Shown here one piece after another: positions 17,021-24,805 of a DNA stretch of 64,000 nucleotides (positions are counted from its first letter, which is position 1; every line of letters begins with the position of its first letter). The notes under the pieces were generated by a model. That model was not told the origin of the DNA and did not search any database. It was given only the letters and a program-made list of their open reading frames with translations. Location of the stretch: assembly GCA_045638945.1 (NCBI GenBank), contig JAZUCF010000024.1, forward strand, positions 93,275 through 157,274, read 5' to 3'. The translations under genes and the position numbers were made by a program. Source of the stretch: Clostridia bacterium. GTDB lineage: Bacteria; Bacillota; Clostridia; UMGS1883.

Positions 17021-17327
17021 GGTCAATGGGATTTTACTTGGGAATTCAGATTTGCTAAAATATCCCTCAGAGGTGATGAATTTGGATAAGCAACTGTTTA
17101 ATTCAGTCTATAAGGAAATAGCAGAAGCCTTTGGAGTAGATGTAGCGATTCAGTTTTACCAAATGTATAAGGGTATGCAGATTTCTTTTCCTACAAGGCT
17201 TTTTAATCCCGATTATGTTCGTACTCAAATCCCCATTGAATATGACGGAACTAATATTAAGCAGTTGGCTAAAAAGTATGGGTACAGTGAAAAAACAATT
17301 AGACGAATGATTAAAGAGAATTTGTGA
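17007..17327 (+). CDS. Mor-like / CD3324-family transcriptional activator-like protein
   Basis: IAEAFGVDVAIQFYQMYKGMQISFP...IPIEYDGTNIKQLAKKYGYSEKTIRRMIKE matches the Mor-family C-terminal HTH pattern. I prefer the ATG at 17007 with the AGAAGGA RBS over the track start at 16920. Confidence 0.65.
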   Translation: MDKHKVNGILLGNSDLLKYPSEVMNLDKQLFNSVYKEIAEAFGVDVAIQFYQMYKGMQISFPTRLFNPDYVRTQIPIEYDGTNIKQLAKKYGYSEKTIRRMIKENL

Positions 17328-17336
17328 GGTGTAGTA

Positions 17337-18563
17337 ATGGCGTTAATAGATGTCGTTAAATATGAAGGTGGTCCAAATATCTTTGCTTGGAAATATCCAA
17401 ATAATGAGTTGAGTACGAAAACTCAACTTATAGTAAATGAAAGTCAGGAAGCCATTTTATTTAAAGGTGGGCAGGCATTAGACATATTTGGTGCAGGTAG
17501 ACATACTTTAGAAACAAAAAATATTCCTGTTTTAAGTAAATTGATTAATTTACCTTTTGGAGGGCAATCTCCTTTTACTGCTGAAGTATGGTTTGTAAAT
17601 AAAATTCATTCATTAGATATTAAGTGGGGAACTTCGACTCCTATTTCCTTGTTTGACCCATTTCTTATGATTGATGTCAAAGTAAAAAGCTTTGGTCAAT
17701 TTGGAATAAGAGTTGATAATTCAAGAAAGTTTTTAGAGAAACTTGTAGGTACACTTCCGATATTCAGTCAAGAAAATGTTACTGCATATTTTAAGGGTGA
17801 ATATTTGAGAAAATGCACATCTATTATAGGCTCATATTTTACTCAAAAAAATATTGGTATTTTACAAGTAAATACATACTTAGATAATTTATCAGATTTC
17901 ATAAAAGAATATATGAAAGACTTTATGGCTGATTATGGAATAACCTTGTTAAACTTCTCCGTCAATAGTGTTAATGCCGACGAGAATGACAGTAGCTATA
18001 AAGTAGTAAAAGAAGCTATGGCTGGTGCTGCTAAAACAAGATGGACAGAAGCCGCAAAAGCAGACACACAAGCATATACTACACGTCAGGTAGGTACCGC
18101 AAAAGCAGATGTTATGGGATATGAGCAAAAGCAAGCAGGTTATACTTATCAGCAAAAACGGTCATTTGATGTTATGGAAAGTGCCGCTTCAAATGAAGGT
18201 AGCGGTATGTCAAATGATTTTATGACTATGGGAATGGGGCTTGCTATGGGCAATAAAATGGGTGCAGTTGTAGGAACACAAATGGGAAATATGGCTACGG
18301 TTATGGATGTAACTGAAGATATACCTAAAACTTGTGAAAAATGCGGAGCATTATTAAACAGCAATCAAAAATTTTGCAGTAATTGCGGAGCAGATGCACA
18401 ATTAACCAATCAAGCAAAGTGTGTTAGTTGCGGAAGATTACTTGATGTCAATAGCAAGTTTTGTCCTGAGTGCGGAGCTTCTCAAATTAAACAATGCCCT
18501 GAATGTAAAACCGAAATTAAAGGAACTCCTAAATTCTGCCCTGAATGTGGAAATAAGCTTTAA
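17337..18563 (+). CDS. SPFH/band-7 domain protein of the YdjI/COG4260 type with three C-terminal zinc ribbons
   Basis: 408 aa. N-terminus IDVVKYEGGPNIFAWKYP...LIVNESQEAILFKGGQ...GAGRHTLETKNIPVLSKL...PFGGQSPFTAEVWFVNK...KWGT. M/G/A-rich linker. Three ribbons: CEKCG-x-CSNCG, CVSCG-x-CPECG, CPECK-x-CPECG. Confidence 0.8.
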   Translation: MALIDVVKYEGGPNIFAWKYPNNELSTKTQLIVNESQEAILFKGGQALDIFGAGRHTLETKNIPVLSKLINLPFGGQSPFTAEVWFVNKIHSLDIKWGTSTPISLFDPFLMIDVKVKSFGQFGIRVDNSRKFLEKLVGTLPIFSQENVTAYFKGEYLRKCTSIIGSYFTQKNIGILQVNTYLDNLSDFIKEYMKDFMADYGITLLNFSVNSVNADENDSSYKVVKEAMAGAAKTRWTEAAKADTQAYTTRQVGTAKADVMGYEQKQAGYTYQQKRSFDVMESAASNEGSGMSNDFMTMGMGLAMGNKMGAVVGTQMGNMATVMDVTEDIPKTCEKCGALLNSNQKFCSNCGADAQLTNQAKCVSCGRLLDVNSKFCPECGASQIKQCPECKTEIKGTPKFCPECGNKL

Positions 18564-18575
18564 GGTGGTGCTTCA

Positions 18576-19238
18576 ATGAAAAATAAGAAATCTATTTTAA
18601 TGATTGGTGGAATAACTCTATTTATAACTCTTATTATATTTCTTCTTGGAATAGATAAGGGGAAAAGAACTATTGACTACATCTCTTTTTTATTCATCGT
18701 ATTAGGCGAATGTATAACATTTGGTACTATGGCATTTTACAAGCAACCTACAATGATTTCAAATCTTTCAATATCATCAATTATGCCTGTTTATCTGGTG
18801 ATAAATATTCTTTTTTCGCTATTGTTTAAAAATGCATTTGCCGATAACATTTCAGCTTTTACAGTGATTCATATTGTGTTAATTTCTATTCTTACTATAT
18901 TAATTATTTTTTTAAGCGGATTGTTAAATGAGATTAATAAGGATGAAGAAAACACAATAAGACAAAAAGCCGTTATTGACGAGTGTGAACGAGTAGCACA
19001 AATACTTATGCTTAACAGTAAGTATGAAAATCATCGTACAAAATTAAATAAAATTTATGATGATATTAAATATTCAGACCATATATCTGATTATAAAAGT
19101 TCAGAAATATTGTCAGCACTAAATTCAATTTCAGTATGTACTGATGAAAACGAAATAGATGCTTTATGTGAGCAGACAATTCAATTAATTCAGGATAGAA
19201 ATATTACTGTCAATCAGCTAAAAAGAGGGGGATTTTAA
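18576..19238 (+). CDS. Four-TM membrane protein with a ~100-aa helical cytoplasmic tail
   Basis: 220 aa. Four hydrophobic helices in the first ~115 aa, then a charged helical tail. Starts 12 nt after the SPFH gene, with RBS AAGGTGG. Confidence 0.6.
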   Translation: MKNKKSILMIGGITLFITLIIFLLGIDKGKRTIDYISFLFIVLGECITFGTMAFYKQPTMISNLSISSIMPVYLVINILFSLLFKNAFADNISAFTVIHIVLISILTILIIFLSGLLNEINKDEENTIRQKAVIDECERVAQILMLNSKYENHRTKLNKIYDDIKYSDHISDYKSSEILSALNSISVCTDENEIDALCEQTIQLIQDRNITVNQLKRGGF

Positions 19239-19239
19239 T

Positions 19240-19779
19240 ATGGACAAGAAAATAGAGAAAATGATAAATACATTTAAACCTAATCAAAGAGAAAAACTGT
19301 TAAAGCAAATTGCACCGAAAAGAGGTTTTACTACAGGGGCTATTTTAGGGTACGCACTGGGAGTTTGGGCTTCAGGCATTATTTTTATTCCGCTTGGTTT
19401 AGAATTTGTTGGAATATTGACTGGCATAGTTTGTGCTACGATAGGAGGAACATTTTTTGAAAAACATAATGCAAAACAAAGGGAATATTTTTCTATGATA
19501 GACAATCATAGGATTTTATCAATAGACCAAATCGCTTCGTCATTGTCAGTATCTTACGAACAAGCAAGAAAAGATATAAATAAAATGATAGAAAAAGGAT
19601 TTTTTGGAAACGCTCATATTGATAATGTAACTCGTTCGATAGTTCTTCCTATAAGTGGTGTCGATATTAACACTGAAGTTACAACAATCAATAAAACATG
19701 CCCCTCTTGCGGAGCAACAAATAATGTATCTTCACTTGGTGAAAACAAATGTGAATATTGTGGAACAATCTTAGATTAA
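19240..19779 (+). CDS. Two-TM membrane protein with a wHTH-like segment and a C-terminal zinc ribbon
   Basis: 179 aa. TM helices GAILGYALGVWASGIIFIPLG and FVGILTGIVCATIGGTFF; SIDQIASSLSVSYEQARKDINKMIEKGF; CPSCG-x13-CEYCG. Starts 1 nt after the upstream stop, with RBS AGAGGGGGA. Confidence 0.6.
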   Translation: MDKKIEKMINTFKPNQREKLLKQIAPKRGFTTGAILGYALGVWASGIIFIPLGLEFVGILTGIVCATIGGTFFEKHNAKQREYFSMIDNHRILSIDQIASSLSVSYEQARKDINKMIEKGFFGNAHIDNVTRSIVLPISGVDINTEVTTINKTCPSCGATNNVSSLGENKCEYCGTILD

Positions 19780-19795
19780 TTACTTAATAACGGAT

Positions 19796-19830
19796 AAAAG
19801 CTATGAGGACATTTCTCATAGCTTTTGTTT
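19796..19830 (+). terminator. Intrinsic terminator ending the long + strand operon of the element
   Basis: aaaagctatgag / ctcatagctttt 12-bp stem, 7-nt loop, T-rich tail. Confidence 0.75.
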
Positions 19831-20047
19831 ATGCAAAGGAGTTGAGAAAAATGCAATATACATTATTAGGTTTTGGTTTGACACTCACAATATTACTGAC
19901 TATCGAATCAATTAACAAAGAAAGGGCGTGAAGAAAATGATGTTTTTGGTTGGGGCAACAACGTCTGCGTTTTTGACCTCGTTCAGCGAGGGTGCGATGC
20001 TCGCTGCAACTGTTTACCTTGCGACAAAGGGTGTCAAGCGGAGATGA

Positions 20048-20136
20048 GGACAGTTTGAGGGCAGATTTTGGACAGTTCGAAAACCTCAGACGTCAGTATG
20101 TACCTGCCTTTGGACAAGTGGACAAGTTAGGGCAGA
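20048..20136 (+). repeat. Direct repeats GGACA(A)GTT(T)(G)AGGGCAGA x2 plus two extra GGACA(A)GT half-copies
   Basis: ggacagtttgagggcaga at 20048..20065, ggacagtt at 20070..20077, ggacaagt at 20112..20119, ggacaagttagggcaga at 20120..20136. Non-coding and GC-rich, at the right edge of the element. Confidence 0.7.
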
Positions 20137-20154
20137 CATAGCTTGTTATATAAG

Positions 20155-20192
20155 AAAACACGTACATGAAATTAACATCATGTACGTGTTTT
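20155..20192 (-). terminator. Intrinsic terminator of ssrA
   Basis: On the minus strand, just after CCA: aaaacacgtacatg / catgtacgtgtttt 14-bp stem, then TTTTCTT. Confidence 0.8.
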
Positions 20193-20196
20193 TCGA

Positions 20197-20544
20197 TGGT
20201 GGAGCCGAGGGGAGTCGAACCCCTGTCCGAAAACATATTCACACAGGCATCTCCGAGCGCAGTCACTTATTAAAAATTCCCTCCGCCGCAAGGCAAGTGA
20301 CAGCCCAAGCGGTTTTGGTAGCTTCATTCGTCATGCATGGTGCAAAGCTTAACCATGTCACGTTCACCACTGTGTGACGCTCTTATCCCGACCGTGGTCC
20401 TTCAGGTAAGAACGGCTGCACTAATTAGGCAGCGTAAGCTAAATTATTGTTAGCGTTTAAATTTAAAAATTGGGATTTTAACGCAGTTCCCGCTGCGGCT
20501 CGCTTCCCATGCTTCAACATCCCCGTCGAAACCGGTACGGCCCC
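20197..20544 (-). ncRNA. ssrA: tmRNA (transfer-messenger RNA)
   Basis: Sense 5' end GGGGCCGTACCGGTTTCGACGGGG. 3' end GGACAGGGGTTCGACTCCCCTCGGCTCCACCA (T-arm, acceptor, CCA). Internal tag frame GCT AAC AAT AAT TTA GCT TAC GCT GCC TAA = ANNNLAYAA* (20425..20454). Adjacent to smpB. Confidence 0.93.
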
Positions 20545-20566
20545 GTATTGATGCCGCCGTTTTGGC

Positions 20567-20596
20567 GGCAAGTAATAGTATACATCAGACTTCTAA
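20567..20596 (-). promoter_or_regulatory. Probable ssrA promoter overlapping the smpB stop
   Basis: Minus strand reads TTGACA - 18 nt - TATACT, about 32 nt upstream of the mature tmRNA 5' end. Confidence 0.5.
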
Positions 20597-20602
20597 AGCT
20601 TG

Positions 20603-21076
20603 TCAATAGGAATTTCTTTCTTTAAGAGTTCTTTCAATCATTCTGCCTGCATCTCTCTTTGCGGCATCGTCACGCTTGTCATAGTGCTTTTTACCTCTCG
20701 CCACAGCGATTGTGACCTTTACCCTCTGACCTTTAAGATACATATCAAGGGGAATAAGTGTCAATCCTTTTTGCTTTACAGTTCCTAAAAGCTTCATAAT
20801 TTCTCTTTTGTGCATTAAAAGCTTTTTTGGTCTTAACGGGTCTTTATTGAAAATATTTCCTTGTTCATACGGAGAAATATGCATTCCGAGGATAAACATT
20901 TCTCCGTTACTATCTATTTCACAATAGCTTTCTTTCAGATTTACTCTTCCCATACGGACGGATTTAACCTCTGTTCCAAAAAGCTCAATGCCTGCCTCGT
21001 ACTTTTCTTCTATGAAGAACTCGTGATGAGCGCTTCTGTTTTGTGCCAGAAGCTTTCTTTGTTCTTTTTCTGCCAC
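20603..21076 (-). CDS. smpB: SsrA-binding protein SmpB
   Basis: [31 protein letters not shown]..., IPL.MY, basic C-terminus. I prefer the GTG at 21076, preceded by GAAGGAGG 8 nt upstream; the track gives a TTG at 21094. Confidence 0.88.
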   Translation of the reverse strand: MAEKEQRKLLAQNRSAHHEFFIEEKYEAGIELFGTEVKSVRMGRVNLKESYCEIDSNGEMFILGMHISPYEQGNIFNKDPLRPKKLLMHKREIMKLLGTVKQKGLTLIPLDMYLKGQRVKVTIAVARGKKHYDKRDDAAKRDAGRMIERTLKERNSY

Positions 21077-23159
21077 CTTGTTTGCCTCCTTCAAGAAGTT
21101 TAAAATCTATCCTGCGGCTTGCTTTATTAGCCGCCGTCAGCTTAACCTTTACACTATCACCGATTGTAAAGGTGCGTCCGCTTCTCTCGCCGTAAAGCGA
21201 AAGCGTTTTTTCGTCAAAAACATAATAATCATCGCTTAGCGTTTCCAACCTAACCAAGCCCTCAACCGTGTTGGGGAGCATAACGAAAAATCCAAATCCC
21301 GTAACGGAAGAAATCACGCCCTCAAAATCCTCGCCCACAAAAGGCTGCATATATTCCGCCTTTTTAATGTCAAGAGTATCCCTTTCGCACATTGCGGCGG
21401 CGTTCTCCCGCTCGCTGCACTGCGTTGCCGCTTCATCAACAAAATTGCGGAGCTTCTTTTTCATCTCTGCATCATTTTCGATAGCCGCCTTTAATGCTCT
21501 GTGGCAAACAAGGTCGGGATATCTGCGGATGGGGGAGGTGAAATGACAGTAATTCTCAAGCCCTAATCCAAAGTGTCCGTCATTTTGGCTGCTGTATTTA
21601 GCCTTTGCCATGCTTCTGAGGAGCATTGTGGAAATCGTGGATTCATATGGAGTGCCGCTTACACTCTCCATTATTTTACTCAAATCGGGGGAATTACCAT
21701 ACCCCATATTATATATGAAATTCAGTGTATTTGCAAGCTTTTCCCGATTAGGCTCGTCATGAACTCTGTAAATCGAAGGAATTTTCTTGTTTTCCCACAA
21801 ATATTTTGCCACGGCACTGTTTGCCGCTACCATGAATTCTTCTATGATTTTATTTGCGAAGGTGTTTTCTCTTAAAATGATATCTATAGTCTTTCCGTCT
21901 TTATCAAATATCGCTTTGGCTTCGGGTATATTGAAATCAATGCTTCCACGCTGGGCAGTTTTCTTCGCAAGAAGCAAATAAAGCTCATACATATCGGATA
22001 GCATGGGGAGAAGATGAGAATATTCTTTGCATAAATCATCGGGCTTTTCCTCAATCAGAAGCCGTACATTCTCATAAGTCATGCGGTTTGTGCTTTTGAT
22101 ATACGATTTATAAAAGGATGAGGATAAAGCATTGCCCTCCGTATCGTAATCAATAAATGCCGACATTGTAAGCCTTACCACGCCCTCGTTAAGAGAACAT
22201 ACATCATTTGAAAGCTTTACGGGGAGCATAGGAAGCACCCTGTCCGCAAGATAAACGCTGGTGCCTCTTTTAAAGGCTTCCTTGTCAAGAAGAGAATCGG
22301 GCTTTACATAATTGCTTACATCCGCAATATGAACTCCAAGCCTGTATCCCTTGTCCGTTCTTTCCACCGATACTGCATCGTCAATATCTTTTGTGTCAGC
22401 ACCGTCAATCGTGATAATGGTTTTGCCTGTTAAATCCAGTCTGTCAGTAAAATCACTGTCACGGATTACGGCAACCTTTTGCGCCTCGTCAAGTACTTTT
22501 TTGGAAAACTCAGTGCTGAAATCATAGCTTTTTATAACCGAAAGAACATCCACCCCGAAGTCATAGGGGAAGCCCAACACCTCTGTAATTTTGCAGGAAA
22601 GGGAGGAAGTGGGGGAGTCGTACTCGGTTATCTCGCAAACTACCTTTTGTCCGTTTAATGCTCCGTTTACATCCCTTTGCATAACGAAGATTTCATCGGG
22701 AAGCCTGTCGCTGTCGGGAGTCACAATGCCGTAGCCTCGTTCCTGAGAGAATATGCCAACCACTTTTTTATTGGCACGCTCCAGTATTTTTAAAATACTA
22801 CCCTCACGCTTTTTTTCGCCGTGTGATTTTCTTTGGATTTTTACAAGGACTCTGTCACCGTTAAGAGCACCCATTACATTCTCGCTCGGAATATGAATGT
22901 CCCCGTTCTCGTTAATTACAAAACCAAAGCCCTTACCCGTGGCACGGAATACTCCCTCAATAAGTCCCATGGATTTTGAACTAAAGAGTCTTTTTTTTCT
23001 GCCTGAAATTACACTGCCCTCATTTTCAAGCTCGGCAATGATGCTTTCAAATTTATCCATATCTTTCTGCGGTACGCATAAAAGCAGCGCAATATTTTCT
23101 TTTGTCATTGGTACATATTCATCGCTGTTTATAAATGCAAGTATTTTTTCTTTCTGCAA
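20985..23159 (-). CDS. rnr: Ribonuclease R
   Basis: 724 aa. N-terminal wHTH/cold-shock region, RNB domain ([18 protein letters not shown]...[13 protein letters not shown]), S1 domain, and a lysine/arginine-rich tail. Confidence 0.92.
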   Translation of the reverse strand: MQKEKILAFINSDEYVPMTKENIALLLCVPQKDMDKFESIIAELENEGSVISGRKKRLFSSKSMGLIEGVFRATGKGFGFVINENGDIHIPSENVMGALNGDRVLVKIQRKSHGEKKREGSILKILERANKKVVGIFSQERGYGIVTPDSDRLPDEIFVMQRDVNGALNGQKVVCEITEYDSPTSSLSCKITEVLGFPYDFGVDVLSVIKSYDFSTEFSKKVLDEAQKVAVIRDSDFTDRLDLTGKTIITIDGADTKDIDDAVSVERTDKGYRLGVHIADVSNYVKPDSLLDKEAFKRGTSVYLADRVLPMLPVKLSNDVCSLNEGVVRLTMSAFIDYDTEGNALSSSFYKSYIKSTNRMTYENVRLLIEEKPDDLCKEYSHLLPMLSDMYELYLLLAKKTAQRGSIDFNIPEAKAIFDKDGKTIDIILRENTFANKIIEEFMVAANSAVAKYLWENKKIPSIYRVHDEPNREKLANTLNFIYNMGYGNSPDLSKIMESVSGTPYESTISTMLLRSMAKAKYSSQNDGHFGLGLENYCHFTSPIRRYPDLVCHRALKAAIENDAEMKKKLRNFVDEAATQCSERENAAAMCERDTLDIKKAEYMQPFVGEDFEGVISSVTGFGFFVMLPNTVEGLVRLETLSDDYYVFDEKTLSLYGERSGRTFTIGDSVKVKLTAANKASRRIDFKLLEGGKQGGRKRTKKASGTKQKRSSRVLHRRKVRGRH

Positions 23160-23436
23160 CTAGAGATACCGCCTTTCAAAAAATAAAGGGGATGTAAAAA
23201 AAGTCCAGAACGCAAAAAGGCGACAATAATGCAAAATTAAGACTGTTTACAACCCGTAAAGTTTTTAATTTGGTTGAAAAATCTCATTTTATTCGATTTT
23301 TCCATATTTTTAAGCCTTTTTGCTACGGAGCAAACTTCGCCTCTCGACGTACCCACGTACGCCTTCGGGTAACCCAAACCTACGGTTTGGCTCAGTTTGT
23401 CCGTTCTGAAGCATTTTTTCCTATCCCCATAAGAAA

Positions 23437-23470
23437 GGCGATGTAAAAAACAGAGTTTTTTTACATCGCC
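23437..23470 (-). terminator. Intrinsic terminator of secG
   Basis: ggcgatgtaaaaaa / ttttttacatcgcc stem. On the minus strand it is followed by TTTCTTAT. Confidence 0.7.
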
Positions 23471-23481
23471 TACAGGTTTTG

Positions 23482-23718
23482 TTATTTTACAATACCAAGA
23501 GAGAGCACAACCGAGAGAATAATGAAAAGAACCGCAAATACTGCTGTAAGCTTTTCAAGTAATGCTTCTCGTGTGTTTGACTTATTCTTGGAAAAGAATG
23601 TATCGCCGCTGCCGCCTGTTATAGCGCTTGCGCCCTGATCTTTACCTTTCTGGAACAAAACAATAACTGTAAGCAAAAGTGCTACTACAATATAAGTGAT
23701 AGTCAACGCCATCTGCAT
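23482..23718 (-). CDS. secG: Preprotein translocase subunit SecG
   Basis: 78 aa from the ATG at 23718 (MQMALTITYIVVALLLTVIVLFQKGKDQGASAITGG...), RBS GGAGGTG. The track's longer start at 23787 is unlikely. Confidence 0.78.
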   Translation of the reverse strand: MQMALTITYIVVALLLTVIVLFQKGKDQGASAITGGSGDTFFSKNKSNTREALLEKLTAVFAVLFIILSVVLSLGIVK

Positions 23719-23935
23719 TTTACACACCTCCGTTAGATTTCGCTTTTCATACTCCATTACTTTAGCATAAAACACAGATAATTGCAATACTTTTTTTAAA
23801 ATTATTTCCTAATTTGCAAATATTTAATCATTATTTCTGTTTTTCAATGCTTATAGTGTATTGATTCTGAGCATGATTTATGGTATAATCGATTTGTACA
23901 GAAATTTATTTTGACACATCTGCGGAGGACGCCTT

Positions 23936-24730
23936 ATGATTATAGATTTTCATACACATGCATTTCCCGATTCGATTTCTGAAAAAGCCTTGGAAAAGCT
24001 ATCTTTTGTCAGCGGAGGACTTGAGGTGCAAAGTGCTGGAACGCTTAATTCCTTAAAACAGGAAATGGTAAAAGACGGAGTGGATATTTCTGTTGTTCTT
24101 TCTATTGCTACAAATCCAAAACAGCAAACAAATGTAAATAATTTTGCAAAAGAAATCAATGATAAAAAATCTGTTTTTGCATTTGGCTCAATACATCCCG
24201 AAGCAGAGAATGCATTAGAGGAGCTTGAACGTATCAAAGAGCTGGGATTAAAGGGTGTAAAATTTCACCCCGAATATCAAAAATTTTATGTTGATGATGA
24301 AAAAATGAAGCCAATTTACAAGAAAATTTCATCTCTTGGACTTATAACTGTCTTTCACGCCGGATACGACTACGGATATGCACCTCCGTATCACTGTATG
24401 CCGGACAACCTGCTCGGCGCTTTAAAGTGGTTTGATTCTCCGGTGATTGCAGCACATTGGGGCGGTGTAAACTGTGGGGTAGAAGTAATAAAAAAGCTTT
24501 GCGGTAAAGACATATGGTTTGATTTGTCCTTTGGATATGGAACCATGCCGAAAGCTATTGCACAGGAGATTGTAGATAAGCATACCCCTGACAGGCTGGT
24601 GTTTGCCTCAGATATGCCGTGGCACCGTCCAACTTGGGAAAAACGGCTTATAGAAACGCTTGATATTTCCAAAAATGATAAAGATAAAATTTATTATAAA
24701 AATGCTTTGAAACTGTTGGATATAGAATGA
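23936..24730 (+). CDS. Amidohydrolase-family metal-dependent hydrolase (TIM barrel)
   Basis: 264 aa. N-terminal IIDFHTHAFPD metal-binding motif, later HPEYQ and AHWGG. RBS GGAGGA. Confidence 0.7.
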   Translation: MIIDFHTHAFPDSISEKALEKLSFVSGGLEVQSAGTLNSLKQEMVKDGVDISVVLSIATNPKQQTNVNNFAKEINDKKSVFAFGSIHPEAENALEELERIKELGLKGVKFHPEYQKFYVDDEKMKPIYKKISSLGLITVFHAGYDYGYAPPYHCMPDNLLGALKWFDSPVIAAHWGGVNCGVEVIKKLCGKDIWFDLSFGYGTMPKAIAQEIVDKHTPDRLVFASDMPWHRPTWEKRLIETLDISKNDKDKIYYKNALKLLDIE

Positions 24731-24805
24731 AGCTACCGGTAAAACTGATTTTTTGCCCCTGACTTGACACGAACTTTGTCGAATTTTGTGAAAGGAAGTG
24801 CATAT

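Larger units (their letters stand above)
8927..20154. mobile_element. Putative integrative element / genomic island downstream of ssrA (two large serine recombinases, P4-type primase, cargo)
   Basis: Hand-counted sample lines give about 28-32% GC inside versus about 40-45% in flanking core genes. Mobile-element gene content. Lies between the palindrome at 8871..8926 and the ssrA terminator at 20155..20192. Exact att sites were not identified. Confidence 0.55.

Noticed and set aside
20155-20213. Classical tyrosine-integrase island inserted into the 3' end of ssrA
   Set aside because: No tyrosine recombinase is present in the window. ssrA keeps a complete 3' end and its own terminator immediately downstream. 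The longer ssrA-like repeat at 8865..8881 is in inverted rather than direct orientation. Only a historical footprint is proposed.
20180-20377. 65-aa + strand ORF in the track
   Set aside because: It lies entirely antisense to the tmRNA gene and is an artefact of the GC-rich structured RNA.
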